Assembly (NCBI GenBank): GCA_028534125.1
Contig: CM052851.1
Span: 17,422,001 to 17,486,000 of the forward strand
DNA length: 64,000 nucleotides
Reading direction: 5' to 3'
Source of the DNA: Lama glama
Taxonomy: Eukaryota
Shown piece by piece: positions 50,310 to 63,379 of this stretch. Both the position numbers and the translations under genes were made by a program. How positions within the stretch are numbered: position 1 is the stretch's first letter; every line of letters starts with the position of its first letter. The notes below the pieces were generated by a model, which saw only the letters and a program-made list of their open reading frames with translations, was not told the origin of the DNA and searched no databases.

Positions 50310-50550
50310 AGCGTAGCCTGAGAGCTAAAAGTGTGAGTTTTGGAATCGGCCTGCCAGGGAGAGAATCCTAGTTCAGCTGCATCACCGTGAGCAAGTTACC
50401 AATTGTTTTTTCAGTGCCTCAGCTTCCTTACCTGTAAAATGGGGGGAAAGTAATAATATCCTTCTCAGAGACTTGTTATGGGATAAATGTGTCAACTCAT
50501 GTAAACAGCACCTGGCACACAGCAACCACCCACAAAAGGCGTGGTGTTGT
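50310..50550 (+). mobile_element. MIR SINE
   Basis: gcctcagcttccttacctgtaaaatgggg; cagcacctggcacacag. Confidence 0.85.
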
Positions 50551-50989
50551 CATTCCAATCCTCTTAAGACAAAAACAAGCTTACAACAACAACAATAACA
50601 ACAACAAAACCCTCTTTTTTTATTTGAAGAGATTTTAGAATTGAGCTTACTTGCCTGGGCTCAGTCTACCCACTTGGGGCAATTCTCTTTTAACGTTTTA
50701 AGTCTCATTTTCTGGATATAAAACAAAGCATGCATATTGAAAACATCATGTCAAAGCCCAGTTAGGAAATGAATGAAGCCGTGTGCTTGGTTTTCCTTCT
50801 GTTGAGATGATGATTTTGCCTGTCCTGTGCTTTGCAAGATATGTAAACTCTTGTTACAAGATTATAAGAGCCCAAACATAATTTTTTTTTTTTTGGTTAC
50901 TTCTGCCAGTAGTGGCTTTAAGAAGAGCAAATCCTGCTTAGGAAGACATTGCACGGTTAGGTGCGGTCCTGGTGTGCAAGTATTTGTGT

Positions 50990-51530
50990 TTGGTATGGCT
51001 TTCCTTTGCTGTATCCATGCAGCCTTCATGGTCTGTCTCCTTTGTTTCTCTACTATCCTTTTATTCTGCAGTCCCCCTCTCTTCCTCCAGTTCAATCGCT
51101 CTAACTGATCTGTGAGCAGGTTGGCCATCCTTCCATTAAAAGGTCTTTGTTTTTGCTCTTCTCCTGACTGGGAGCACACACCTCAGATATCTGCCTAGCT
51201 AATTACCTCGCCTCTTCCAAGCCTTGGCTCCAATCTCAGCCTGTCAATAAAGCTCATTCTGATTACCCTCTTTAACACAGCAACATCTGCCCTGAGCTCT
51301 CTCCATTTTCCTTGCCATACTTTTGCTTTTTAAAAAAAAAACTCTATCACCTTGCAACACATTAGGTAATTCACTTATTTTTGTGTGTGTTTATTGTAAT
51401 AAAAGCTACACAAATGGAAGATATTTGCTCTGTGTGCTGATGTCCTCCCAGTGCCTAAAACAGTGCCTGGCCCACAGTAAGTGTTCACAAGGTGATTTTT
51501 GCAAGTGGTTGTATAAATATGTAGAATAGA
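50990..51530 (+). mobile_element. L2a 3' region
   Basis: cctcagatatctgcctagct; tcctcccagtgcctaaaacagtgcctggcccacagtaagtgttcaca. Confidence 0.85.
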
Positions 51531-52899
51531 GAGCAACTCACGAATGCCAGGTGTGAATATTTTTAACCTATTTGTGGAAAAAGATCATCAAAATGTTGAC
51601 AGTGGTGACAGCTCTACCAGCTCATGGTGAAATATTAAAGAGACCGAGTCATTTTTGTTTATTTCTAATGAGCAAAATATTTATCCCAGATCCAAGTATA
51701 CTGGCAAGGAAATGAGTGACACATTGCAATTAAGGTGATAGTACTGCCATTTGCAGTCAGTTTCAGGGGTCATGTTGGGTTATCATGTCCTCCCTCACCT
51801 TAAAAATGGCAGACCTTCCGTCATACGATTGCAGCGATGCTGGGGCAGACATGCATGTGCTCTGTTCCTTCTATTCTGTGATCTCTTCTAACAAGTCTGT
51901 TTATTTTTGCTTTGCGTAGATGGATCCGTGGGTTTTACAAAGAGTTGATTCAGATCATTAAANNNNNNNNNNNNNNNNNNNNNNNNNNNNNNNNNNNNNN
52001 NNNNNNNNNNNNNNNNNNNNNNNNNNNNNNNNNNNNNNNNNNNNNNNNNNNNNNNNNNNNNNNNNNNNNNNNNNNNNNNNNNNNNNNNNNNNNNAGATTT
52101 ATGGTGGCTCTTGCCTGAAATAAATGCATGCAAGGAGGAATAATTTATCGGGTGAGAAAGATCAGACTTTAATTTGCAAAGCCATAAAAAGCTTAAGTGG
52201 TTTTCACAACGTAGGAAGAAAGAGAGAGACAAAGAGAGAGAGATATTAGTTATATTCTATATATAATGTCCATAAGCAATTCCTAATATAAGAATAGCAA
52301 GAATAGGGAAAGGGGAGAGAGCGTTTCTGCAGAGGTCTGCTTTAGCTGCATGAGGAATGGCTATGTCCCGTGGTACACTGCTCCAAAAGCTCTAAGCTGA
52401 TAAGAACCCATCATTTGAGGATGGAGAGCAAGGAACTGCTTTTTAGGATTGCCATGGAGGGAGGCAGGGCAACATAAGCAACCCCAATATTTGAGTCAGG
52501 CAACCCCATCATTCTTCATCCTCCTCCTTTAATGCCACCACAAGTGAACTAAGTTAAAAAACAATATGCTTAGTAGGCAATGAAGTGTCAAGATAAACGC
52601 CATCCCAATAAACATATAACATGTGTAAAATAGGTTCTTGATAAAGGAACTTCAGGTGGAATCTCCTGGCTTCCTTTCCAGGAAATCTGCTACTCCTAGG
52701 TTCAGGGTGAATAGAACTTCCGGGGCTACAACTGCCTGTGAAGTATACTTGAAGGTACATCCTGTGAAGGTATTGGTAGGAATCAAGCAAAGAATTCCCT
52801 CAAGCTGTGGTTGGCAGGAGTGGAAAGTCCCTAGGGTTTGCACTGCCCTAGAATCCAAGCTCAGGAAGAAGACAATGTTAGTTTATTTGCAACACGGAG

Positions 52900-53150
52900 T
52901 CACCACATCAGAATCAGCTGTCTGGACTGTCTAATCTTAACTTTCCTTCACCTGTATGTCAAATATCCTCCTCCTCTTCTAAAAGGACACTTGTGATGGT
53001 ACTTAGGGACCAAGCAGCAATCCAAGATGACCTCACTTCAAGATCCTTAAATTAATCAACGTGCAAAGACTCTTTCCAAATAAGGTAACATTTACAAGTT
53101 CCAAGGATTAGAACCTGCTGTCTTTGGGGCCACCATTCACCCAACTCCAG
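52900..53150 (-). mobile_element. MaLR LTR fragment, MLT1B/C-type
   Basis: aaggacacttgtgatgg, aatccaagatgacctc, caagatccttaa, ttccaaataaggtaacatttacaagttcca. Confidence 0.85.
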
Positions 53151-53459
53151 TGGGCAAAGAAGGAAACCCTAAGAGTACAGGATGAAGAGCCCATCACTGT
53201 GGTAGGCATGATGTTAGTGAGAGAGAAGAACTATTATGCCACAAACTACCATTTTTAGTAAATTGATTTGATGATCATGGGGAGTATTTAAGCACAGTGC
53301 ACTTCCTAGCCTAAGACAATCCTGTATTTGCTTCCTAGAAATGTATTTCTTATTTATTCCAAAGCCTGCATAGATTCCACATTGTACTTCAAATCTGAGG
53401 TTACTCAGAGTTTTTTCTTCAATTAAGTGATGAAATCTTCCTGGTCTCTGCTATAAGCT

Positions 53460-53920
53460 TTTGATCAATCATTCACTCATAAATTTATTCAGTACACATT
53501 TATTGAATCAACAATGCAAGCCATGTACTATATTCTAAGGATACAAAGATAAAAAAAAATTACTCAAAGAATATCCAGCTCAGTTGAGTGACGTATGCCC
53601 TCAATATCTAGCAAATGAGGAATATTCAGTGTGCTATGGCAGCTCTAAATTTGATGTAATTTAATAGTGCTCTTATGGAGATGACAGTTTTCATCAGGGT
53701 TTTGAAGGGTAGTGGAGTTTACAAGGCAGCATGGAGGAGCAGGAAATCCGGGCAGTTGGAACAGCATGAGAAACTTGTGAGTTACTAAGAATTATGGATT
53801 TGGGAATCTACAAGTAGCTTGATTCACCCAGAATGTAAAATGGGATTGGTAGTGGAAGATTAAGGTGAAGAGGCAGGCGAGAGAGGCCTCTGAAAACCTT
53901 CCTCACTGTGGATAGGCATG
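53460..53920 (-). mobile_element. L2 3' region
   Basis: atcattcactcataaatttattcagtacacatttattgaa...tattctaaggatacaaagat. Confidence 0.75.
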
Positions 53921-54499
53921 AACCCTGAATAGCAGAAAATAAGGGGAACCTCACTCAGTTACCTCATTTTCCTGGTTGCCTGGTAGTGTGGAGTGGATGA
54001 CATTGCAGTCCCCCCACCCTTTCCCAGAAAGGAGACCAACACCTTTCAGATAAATGACCTTTCAAAGTCTACCTATTCTATACAGCCATCCTTTGACTTT
54101 GGTCACTCCCTTCTATATTTTGTACAATATTTTCTCTTTATGAACCATAATGACACTCCAGGCATTCCTTAGTTCGTTATTGGAATGTTAGATTATGGAA
54201 ATTCCTTGAACTATCCTCTTTCATATTTGAAAATATTTAGTGGCGCAAATGGGTGGATTTTAGAGGTGAATTACCCTGTGTACATTTTGTAGATAGCTTT
54301 TATAGCATTTTTCTATGCTAACTAGACCTGGATTCATAAAATTGTACTTTCTCCTGTGGTGGCTGAAGATATGACTAATGCCGCCCACTGCTCTGGGAGT
54401 TGAATTTCTTTCATTGCTCTGTGGGCCATCAGGCTATCAAGGACTTCAGAGAAAACAGGGATCGAAATTTGGATTTTGTAGGCTGGAAAAAGAGTCAGC

Positions 54500-55135
54500 A
54501 TAAGAAAGCAGACTGCTGTGGGCTGTGATTTGATGTTAGGCTGGGTTTGAATCTGAGTTCTAACATTTGCTACCTCTGTGACTTTGGGGAAGTCACCGTA
54601 TCTCTCTGAATATGAGTCCCTTATTTGTGAAACAATGCAGCCTGCACGATCAGCGGTGTGTATTCACGTTGGGGTGGGCGTTGTACAGGGAACCCACAAG
54701 GACGAGTGATCCCGACAGGCTTTTACTACCTGTGGACCTGGATAGTGAGTGAATGTAGTGATCATCTCAGTCTGAAATCAGAGAACTATATGGAAAGCTC
54801 CTCCTAGCTAGACCTGCCAAAGGACTCAGCCACCTGTGATCTTCGTAGAAAGGGAGCCAGGAACACAAAGACCTTGACCTTCTCTCTCCTCCTTCTGACA
54901 TCCTGCCACCTTTCCACATTGTTTGAACCTAGTTCACAGCCAGAGGACAAAGGAGCTCACAGTCCACACAAGTTCACTGATAAGAACGAGGAAGGATGGA
55001 TAGAGTGACTATACCTGGGCAAACGGGCACTGTCCCCCACGTAGTGCTGCCTACTTCGTGGGAATCTATGAGAACTGAAAGAGGTAATTCACGTGAAGCA
55101 TTGTCCCCTCACCTTAATATGTTAGCCATTATTAA
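54500..55135 (+). mobile_element. MIR SINE split by an LTR insertion
   Basis: 5' part 54500-54635 (ctgggtttgaatctg...tgtgactttggggaagtcac); 3' part about 55040-55135 (tgcctacttcgtggga...tgttagccattatt). Confidence 0.7.
54650..55040 (-). mobile_element. ERVL solo LTR, LTR16-like
   Basis: gggagccaggaaca, accttctctctcctccttctgacatcctgcc, cagccagaggacaaaggagctca. Confidence 0.65.
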
Positions 55136-55309
55136 AAATGTATGTCAGCCACAGTTTTCCTTTTCTTTCTAAATTTTTGTTTAAATTTTTAGCTGTTAGC
55201 ATGATTAGGACTTATTTAATGTTTAGATTACAGTTCTCTATCTGTGTAAGGGAGATCTGTGTATGAGAGATCTTGGTCAGAGCCCAGAGCCCTAAGTATG
55301 ATGTTCTTG

Positions 55310-55480
55310 TGGCAACTGTGGAATGGTTGTTTACGGGATATGGAATGCAGACCAGAGGGACCTGGGTTCGAATTTGCAATTCCATCACTTCATGTGTAGG
55401 AGACCTTTGCAAATTGATTAACTTCCCCCAGCGCTCCCTTGTGAGTTTGACGTGGAATTCCATGAGTACAAGCCTGTACC
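55310..55480 (+). mobile_element. MIR SINE
   Basis: acctgggttcgaatttgcaattccatcactt...agacctttgcaaattgattaact. Confidence 0.7.
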
Positions 55481-57171
55481 ACACCATGCAAATTTGGGGG
55501 CTGTGTACTCCCTAAATTGTCCATTTCCTTCCTCATGTGGATGCCCTGTCCTGTCCATTTCACTGGGACTCTGATTATTAAGCAAGAAGCCATTGCTCTA
55601 ATGCCTTCAATGCTGCATATTCCACCTAAAATCCAAAACACCTGCCGTGCTTTATCTGCCTTTTATATAATCAGCTGTAATAAGGATTCTGCAGTTAGAA
55701 TTTAGCTGACAATTTTGTTAGTGATGAACTAAGCTGAGGAGAAACTAGCTCAACTCTTTCTTAACAGGAAGGTCTCCTGTGGAGGTAATAGGTAGCAGAA
55801 ACTTGTTAAATCAACAGACATATCTCAGAGACCTAAGCTGCAAAGAAATATTTTATTAGGAGGTGTGAGTAAGAAGCTTACTGATGGCAGTAAAAATGGA
55901 CTAAGTTGTATTTGCTTTGTGTATGTGTGTCTGTGTTGGGAGGAGAAGGGGTTCTGGAAGGATTTCCACCAAAATATGAACAGTGCTTGTGCCTTGGTGG
56001 TTGGACCAGGAGACATTTTTATTTGTTCCCTATCTGCATTGTTTCTCTGTTTCTCTTTAAATAATATTTTGCTTTACTAATAAGAGTAAAAGTAATAAAA
56101 TTATTTTACTTTAAATCATACTTCTAGTGTAAAAAAGTTAATCGAAGGACATTCTGAAGAAACAACAGGAGAGATGTAGACTGCATTTGAGGGAAAAAAA
56201 AACTAATATTTGAAAAGTAATTGATGTTCAAAACATAGAGTAACATCATATTCTAAGAAATAAAGACTTTCAAGAACCTACTATAGCCTTGCAACTTAGA
56301 GCTAAAGTTGAAGCAGGCCTTCAGACTTGAAGACAAATGTTGAAATTATGCCAGCAATTTTTTCAGCTAAATAGAGTGGGATGAAATGGTCATGAATTTT
56401 TCCTGGATGTGTCAACGGAAAATGGCATTTTGCGAGGGGGAGCTTGAAGTACAAGTCTGATTTTGGTGCCCAAAGGAGGGGAAGGGCACTTTAGTCAGAG
56501 AGAAGGCCATAAGCAAAGGCTTGATGGCATCTGAGTGAATGACACACTAAAGGCATGTATTGTCTGTTGTGAAATTTACAAAGCCTGACTTTTAAGACCC
56601 ATAGTGACAAATGTATTTTTCAAGGATGATTTAAATGTAGCTTTTCTATGAAAGAAAGACAGCAAATTAACAACTCCTCTGTTGAAAAAAGGATGCAGAA
56701 ACACAGAAAATTATATGATTTTGGTTTAAAAACAATAGTTCAGTTGACCTCATCTAGGCTAAGTTAAGAAGGATCTCTATGTGCAGGGTGCTTTCTGAGT
56801 TACTCTTAACTTCTCTTTCCTGATTGTTTCCTTCACTTCTTAGACCGCTTCATCGATCAAACACCCAAAGTTGTACAGCTTTAGCTTTAGCTCCAGGAAA
56901 TCTCCATGCCAGAATAAGGCCAACCCAGCCAAACTGCACCTTTCCCCCTTCTCTACCCATCATGTGCCCCCAGGAAGGCAGCTAGATTTCTTGAACTGGA
57001 ATCAATTTTACCTTTCCCAGGGCTACACTGAAACAACACCAATTACTGGAAGATTTCTTCACCACCTCAGGTGTTTTGCTCATGTATTCCTTTGATACAG
57101 TCCCAGGACCTGAACTAGCCATGTCAGGGAGGGACACAGATCCAGCTCCTGCTGTGATGCTATGACTGCAT

Positions 57172-57370
57172 GGATAATAAGAATAACAGTTGGCATAAGT
57201 ATCATTATGTATCAGGCACTGGACTGAGTATTTTGTAGAGAACACCTAATTTAATCTTATAACCACCCTACGAGGTAAATGTTGTTATCCCCATTTTATA
57301 GATGAGGAGAGTCTCAGCCAAGGTCACATATGGTATGTGACAGAACTAGAATTCAAGCAACAACTTGATG
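57172..57370 (-). mobile_element. MIR SINE
   Basis: aaccaccctacgaggtaaatgttgttatccccattttatagatgagga...ccaaggtcaca. Confidence 0.88.
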
Positions 57371-57439
57371 AGTTGTACCTGTTGTAGGGCAGAGAGCTTG
57401 TCCAGAATTGAATTTTCTTGTTGTTTCTTGGGTGACTGG

Positions 57440-57685
57440 CTAATGGTGTATACTTTATAAGAGAATAAAAGACCATCAAGGTGATTTCTATCTTCAACTT
57501 TGCACACAATTTTCCAGAGCGAGGTGTCACAAACATCACTGACTATCAAGGGCAAACTTCATACCTAATCCTCCATGCCTCAAAGTTAAGTTGTGTATTT
57601 GATTCAGTTTGCATTTCTTTAATGAAAAATGATCTCGAGGGTCTTTCATGTGCTTATTGGCCATCTGTATATCTTCTTGGCTGAC
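57440..57685 (-). mobile_element. Old L1 ORF2 3' fragment
   Basis: tttgcatttctttaatga...ttcatgtgcttattggccatctgtatatcttctt; on the minus strand this reads EDIQMANKHMK, an L1 ORF2 motif. Confidence 0.8.
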
Positions 57686-59044
57686 ATGTCTAATTAATGC
57701 TTTTTGAGTATCCAAGTGGTGGTTGTGTCTGAAGTTGTAATAGTCCAAAGTGAGTGTGTTTGTAGGTTTAAGCACTGAAAGATTTACTGTAAACATCATG
57801 TCTCTGGCATCTTAAGGCTTTACGTCTCTAATTCTCTCCCAGACCAAGGAAGAGGAGCCATCAGACATGGAGTAGGGTGATATACTGGGCATGACACTGT
57901 TCTCTCAATTTTACCAGCCAGTCACTGACCCTGATGAACAATGCAGCTAAGTGGCCTTTGTTTTTTATGTAGCTCCATGCATTTGTGATGATGCTGAGGG
58001 TATTTTTCTTAGTGAGGAAACTGAATGCTCTGGAATTCATCATTGCCATTCTACAAATGAAGACATCATCTAGGGAATTGCCAGAGAAGAGGGCATATCT
58101 TGGTAAAATTTTCTTTAAAAAGACATTGTAATTAGAAGATGAGAAACACTAGAAAGACAGTAACACACTAATTTCTACAACCACAAATTTACCTCCATTA
58201 CAACAATTACTAGGTGATTGTTTTAAAAATTGAAATCACTCATGATCCGTAAAACAGAATAAAGTAAGGATTTGGATGGGACCACACAATCTTCAGTTTG
58301 AGGAATCTGTTGTCAGCCATAAACTTAATGGAATTTTTAGAGTCAGTGGAATTGTCTTGTGGGATTTTTATTACATGGATAAGAAAATTTTCCCCAGAGA
58401 GACCAATTTGCTATGTGGCCTTGGGCTAGCCATGTCCTAGATTGGCATATAATGCCTGGCTATTTTTTGTTGGTTTGTTTTGAGTTTCCCTGGAGAGAGC
58501 ATACTTTCAAATCTTTCAAATCCATTAGTTGAGCCAAAAAAACACAACTTTACAAGATGGGCTCCTTCACTCTTGAAGGAAAAAAAATTTTTTTTGAGGG
58601 GGGTGTATATTCCAGGATTTAGCAAATAGCTTCTTTCAGATCAGGTTCTCACTAAATATTTGTTAAGTGCATGACCTGAGGAAATACAGTGATAGAGTTT
58701 CTTAACCACATCCTTCCTTTCCTCTCCTAAGCAATGCCAAGAGTCAGAGGCTGGTAGAATTATTGGGTTCATTGCTTTTCTCTTTAGCAGCAGAGACCTT
58801 GTTAAAAAGGAATTCTATATCCAGTCAGGGAAATGTTCAGTGTGGTTTAGAACAGAATGTTACCTGCTGTGAGAAGGGAATGATTCCATGTCATCCACAA
58901 GCAGTCTGGTCAATTAAGCACCCGACTCCAAGGTGGACTGATGGAGATCCTAACCTTGAGAGCTGATGGGGAAATATTATGTTTGGTGGTTAAATTAATG
59001 CAGAGGAAAGTTAAATGACCCAGGCTAAGATGAACAATGAGTAT

Positions 59045-59400
59045 ATTCTTCATTCATTCACTTAATGAATATTTAATGCAAGGCCACTATTTGCTGGATG
59101 CTGTGGGCATAAAAAGAAACACAAAATAGAGTCTCTGATCTAAAAAAAAAGATCACATCCTATGAAGGAGGACAGGCTCGAACACTCTTAACTCTTAATT
59201 ACTCTTAATTATAATGTGAGGTGATAATTCTGTACTATTGTACTATTGGTTTTTCCAGAGTCTTGTGATTGTATACAGAGGAGGAAGCCATTGGCTTATT
59301 CATTCGAGAAGGATATAGATTTAGAGAATACACTCATAAATAATATGTCATTTGCCTTTGGCCTTGAAGGATAAGCAGAATTCAGCCAATAAAAAGAAGA
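59045..59400 (-). mobile_element. L2 3' end
   Basis: ttcattcattcacttaatgaatatttaatg...ggccttgaaggataagcagaatt. Confidence 0.7.
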
Positions 59401-59638
59401 GAGGAAGCCTTCTTTCAGAATTAAACCTTCAGATGTTTTTCAGTCACTTAAGTTTCCTGAATTTTATGGTCCTTGATCAAACAGGGATGATATTGGAAAT
59501 GTTCACTCAATACAGCTCCATGCCAGGGACTGGACTAGGTAAAGGGCACTTGATGATTGAAGTGTTGTCCCTGTGCTTACAGTGAAATGTACAGTCCACA
59601 AAGGGAGGCAGTCATTGACAGGAAGAATCACCATAGAC

Positions 59639-59857
59639 CAAGGTCAGCTAGTTTTTTCTTTGAAGGGTTCAATAGTGCTTTAGTCTCTATGGGCCAAAAT
59701 GTCTCTTGGGAGACTACTTGACTCAGCCATTGGCACATGAAAGCAGTTGTGGACAATACGTAAATGAGTGGATGTGACTGTTTTGCAATAAAACATCACT
59801 GACAAAAACAGGCTGCAGGCAAAATTCGAACTATACACTGTAGTGTGCCAGTCACTG
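59639..59857 (+). mobile_element. MER58A-like hAT-Charlie DNA transposon
   Basis: actacttgactcagccattg, gaaagcagttgtggacaatacgtaaatgagtgg, caataaaac, acaaaaacaggctgcagg; degenerate TSD ccatagac / aaatagag. Confidence 0.85.
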
Positions 59858-59948
59858 AAATAGAGGCGAGACAGGAGGAAAACTTGATTACTAATTATGG
59901 GTAGCTTAAAAAACAAATATGCAGTAGAAAAGAAGAACTGATCAGCTT

Positions 59949-60342
59949 TGTGAACCTAAAGAAAGAGGTAACCTGGGGCATGCTCAAATGACTAGAAATT
60001 GGGTTTATCCAGGACTAGCAGAGCGATTGCAGTCCGGGGAAACATATGCTCTAGCAAGCTGCAGGGAGTCCCTTGAGGGTTTGGGATGGACTATGTTTCT
60101 GGGCAAGGAGTGCAAAGAGGAGGACATCCAGCCAGAATCCAAGCAGTAAGTTCACTGGCGTGGGGACGGGGAGAAATTCTTAGCAGATCTTATTGGTCAG
60201 GAGAAGTCTTGGGTCTTTTGTAAATCAGGCATTTAATGGAAATCGGTGTCTCAGGTCTTAAGTTCCATTCTTCTGATGGTGTATGCGTAAGATTCTCCAT
60301 TCCATATCTTCTGGTTTCATTTTAGGTTGAAATTCTTTCACA
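59949..60342. mobile_element. Probable ERV1-class solo LTR (family unassigned)
   Basis: Perfect terminal inverted hexamer tgtgaa...ttcaca, 4-bp flanks gctt/tctt, 394 bp long, GC higher than its flanks. Confidence 0.55.
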
Positions 60343-60509
60343 TCTTCACTAAAAAACTCAAATGAAAACAACCTCGTGGTGTTAGCACTTACCCTTCAGA
60401 TAAGTTGAAAGTTTAATAGTCTCTCCATGCCTGAAACTTGCAACATTGTCTAAATTTGTGCAATTCTTCTTGAGAACCATCTGGCAAAAGGTAAATAAAA
60501 CTTTAAAAG

Positions 60510-60735
60510 ATAACATGCATAGAGCTCCTGCTAAGTATTTGCTTTGCTCAATACATTACATGTTTTCCTTCAGGCCTCATAACCATGATGTGGGCAATAT
60601 TATTACCTCTATTTCACAAAAGAAGAAATTAAGACTCCAATTGCGAAGTCAGTTGCTCACTTAGTAAGCATCAGGTACAGAACTTGAACCTAGATCTGTC
60701 TCTAGTGTTAGCCTTCAACACACTATACCATACTA
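60510..60735 (-). mobile_element. MIR SINE
   Basis: cctcataaccatgatgtgggcaatattattacctctatttcacaaaagaagaaatt; cttgaacctagatctgtct. Confidence 0.75.
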
Positions 60736-61075
60736 GCACCATGCTAGGGAAACTTGATATGTGCATTCGCTTTATTGCAGTGATTCTGCAGCCAGGAATT
60801 TATACAAAGAAAATAAGACAAGTGCATGTGATTTAAGTATGAAGTATTAAAAACTCATTAAATGTCCATTAATGAGAAATGAGTAACTAAAATAATCCAT
60901 TTATTCAATTAAATATAATATAGCTTTGGAAAGGGTAAGGTAGAGCTATGGCTATAGAAATGAAAAGATGGCTGTGACCAGGCTGAGTAAATTAACAGCC
61001 TGTGTATTAATTTGTATTGTGTGACCCCATATAATATAATTATGTATGACCCCATGTGTATATAATTAATATATG

Positions 61076-62425
61076 AAGACTGTCTCGTTGGCAAGTGGTG
61101 TTGGGAAGGCAGGACAGCCTCATGTAAATCAATGAAATTAGAACACTCCCTCACACTATACACAAAAATAAACTCAAAATGGCTTAAAGACTTAAATATG
61201 AGACAGGACACCATAAAACTCCTAGAAGAGAACATGGGCAAAACATTCTGTGACATAAATCGTAGCAATGTTCTCCTAGGCGGTTTACCCAGGCAATAGA
61301 AATAAAAGCAAAAATAAACCAATGAAAACTAATCAAACTTTAAGCTTTTGCACAGCAAAGGAAACCAAAAACAAAACAAAAAGACAGCCTACAGAATGGG
61401 AGAAAATATTTGCCAATGATGTAACTGACAAGACCTTCATTTCCAAAATATACAAGCAACTCATACAACNNNNNNNNNNNNNNNNNNNNNNNNNNNNNNN
61501 NNNNNNNNNNNNNNNNNNNNNNNNNNNNNNNNNNNNNNNNNNNNNNNNNNNNNNNNNNNNNNNNNNNNNNNNNNNNNNNNNNNNNNNNNNNNNNNNNNNN
61601 NNNNNNNNNNNNNNNNNNNNNNNNNNNNNNNNNNNNNNNNNNNNNNNNNNNNNNNNNNNNNNNNNNNNNNNNNNNNNNNNTAGAGAGGGTGTGGAGAAAA
61701 GAGAACTCTCCAACACCGTTGGTGGAAATGTAATTTGGTGCAGCCACTGTGGAAAACAGTATGGAGGTTCCTTAAAAACTAAAAATTGACTTACCATATG
61801 ATCCAACAATCCCACTCCTGGGCACATATCCAGACAAAACTCCAATTTGAAAAGATGCATGCACCCCAGTGNNNNNNNNNNNNNNNNNNNNNNNNNNNNN
61901 NNNNNNNNNNNNNNNNNNNNNNNNNNNNNNNNNNNNNNNNNNNNNNNNNNNNNNNNNNNNNNNNNNNNNNNNNNNNNNNNNNNNNNNNNNNNNNNNNNNN
62001 NNNNNNNNNNNNNNNNNNNNNNNNNNNNNACCTAGACATTATCATACTAAGTGAAATAAGTCAGAGAAAGACAAATGTCATATGATATCAGTGATATGTG
62101 TAATGTAAAGAATGATACAAATGAACTTATTTCCAAAACAGAAACAGAATCACAGACATAGAAATCAAATTTAAGGGTGCTAAAATGGAAAGGGTGGTAG
62201 AGATAAATTAGAAGTTTGGATTAGAAGTTTCAAACTACTATATATGAAATAGATAAACAATAAGGTCCTACTGTATAGCACAGGGAACTATATTAAATAT
62301 CTTGTAATAACCTAAATGAAAAAGATATGAAAAATAAAATATATATGTATAACTGAATCACTTTGCTATACATCAGAAACTAACACAACATTGTAAATTA
62401 TAGTTTAATTAAAAAGTAAATAAAT
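61076..62425 (+). mobile_element. Lineage-specific 5'-truncated L1 (ORF2 C-terminus plus 3' UTR; N gaps 61470-61680 and 61872-62029), adjacent to an older L1 relic
   Basis: Translates as [50 protein letters not shown]...[13 protein letters not shown]...[11 protein letters not shown], with frameshifts, followed by a cetartiodactyl-type 3' UTR. Confidence 0.95.
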
Positions 62426-63202
62426 TTTTAAAGGTTTGTAATGTAAGGAAAAATACATAGTACAACATATTAATGCTTGGATACATTGAAAAAGCTTAAA
62501 TATGCGTCAGATCCATAACATTGCTTATCCAATGGGTGTGGGAATACATATTTGACTCTATACATGGCTGTGTATATTTAAGCAAACATGCCTGAATGAT
62601 GTTTTTACTAGTTTAGGATATTTCTGCTTGGGGGCAGGTGGAATTAGGAATAAACTCTTTCTTTCCGATTTTGCATTATTTTCTTGGATTCTGAACTGGT
62701 GTCTGGAGTGTCTTGTCCTCTGTCAAATCACATTTCAATGGCCTTTTGCTGCTTTGGGGCTGTCTTGGAAAGCAATCAATGTGTACCCTTGCTTACAGCC
62801 ATTTTATTCCCAGTTGAAAGCTACAGCAGAGTAGTTTGAACATTACACTTCATCTTGAGCAGCTCTGGTTTATGCTTTCATTCACTTTTGTTCAACATCG
62901 TTTCCATCTTCCCTGGTGCTTCAGTTGGATATGGGTGAGGTGATAGGGCTGAAATGTCCCTGGACGTCCTCTGGTTTGGAAGTAGTGATCACTGCAAGTG
63001 ACACTGATCCAGTGGCATCCTTTTAGTTTTCTGATTGTTTCAAACTCTGAAAAGTGTGCTTATGGAACTCAAACAATATTTCAAACAAGTTAATAATCTC
63101 TTTGACAATGCTGAAAATGACGTATGGAAGCTGACTTGACCCAGGATATGGTAGAATAACCTGAAAAGGATACTTTACATGTCAGGTCTTCCCTCTCAAT
63201 TG

Positions 63203-63379
63203 CTGTTTCTCAACTTCAGTGGCACTTTCGAAACAACAGGAAAGCCTGTAGAGAGTTCAGATGGTTCTATACCCAGAGAGTATGATTTCATTAGTCTGGG
63301 GTGGGGTCTAGACTAATGATTAGATGGCTTAAGCATTTCCTGGGTAATCGTGATCTGGAGCTGGAACTGGCAATCACTG
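63203..63379. mobile_element. MER5-type hAT-Charlie MITE
   Basis: ctgtttctcaact...cccagagagtatgatttcattagtctggggtgggg...aatcactg. Confidence 0.75.

Noticed and set aside
52260-52900. Possible MaLR internal sequence next to the MLT1 fragment
   Set aside because: I could not recognise diagnostic motifs or a second LTR with confidence.
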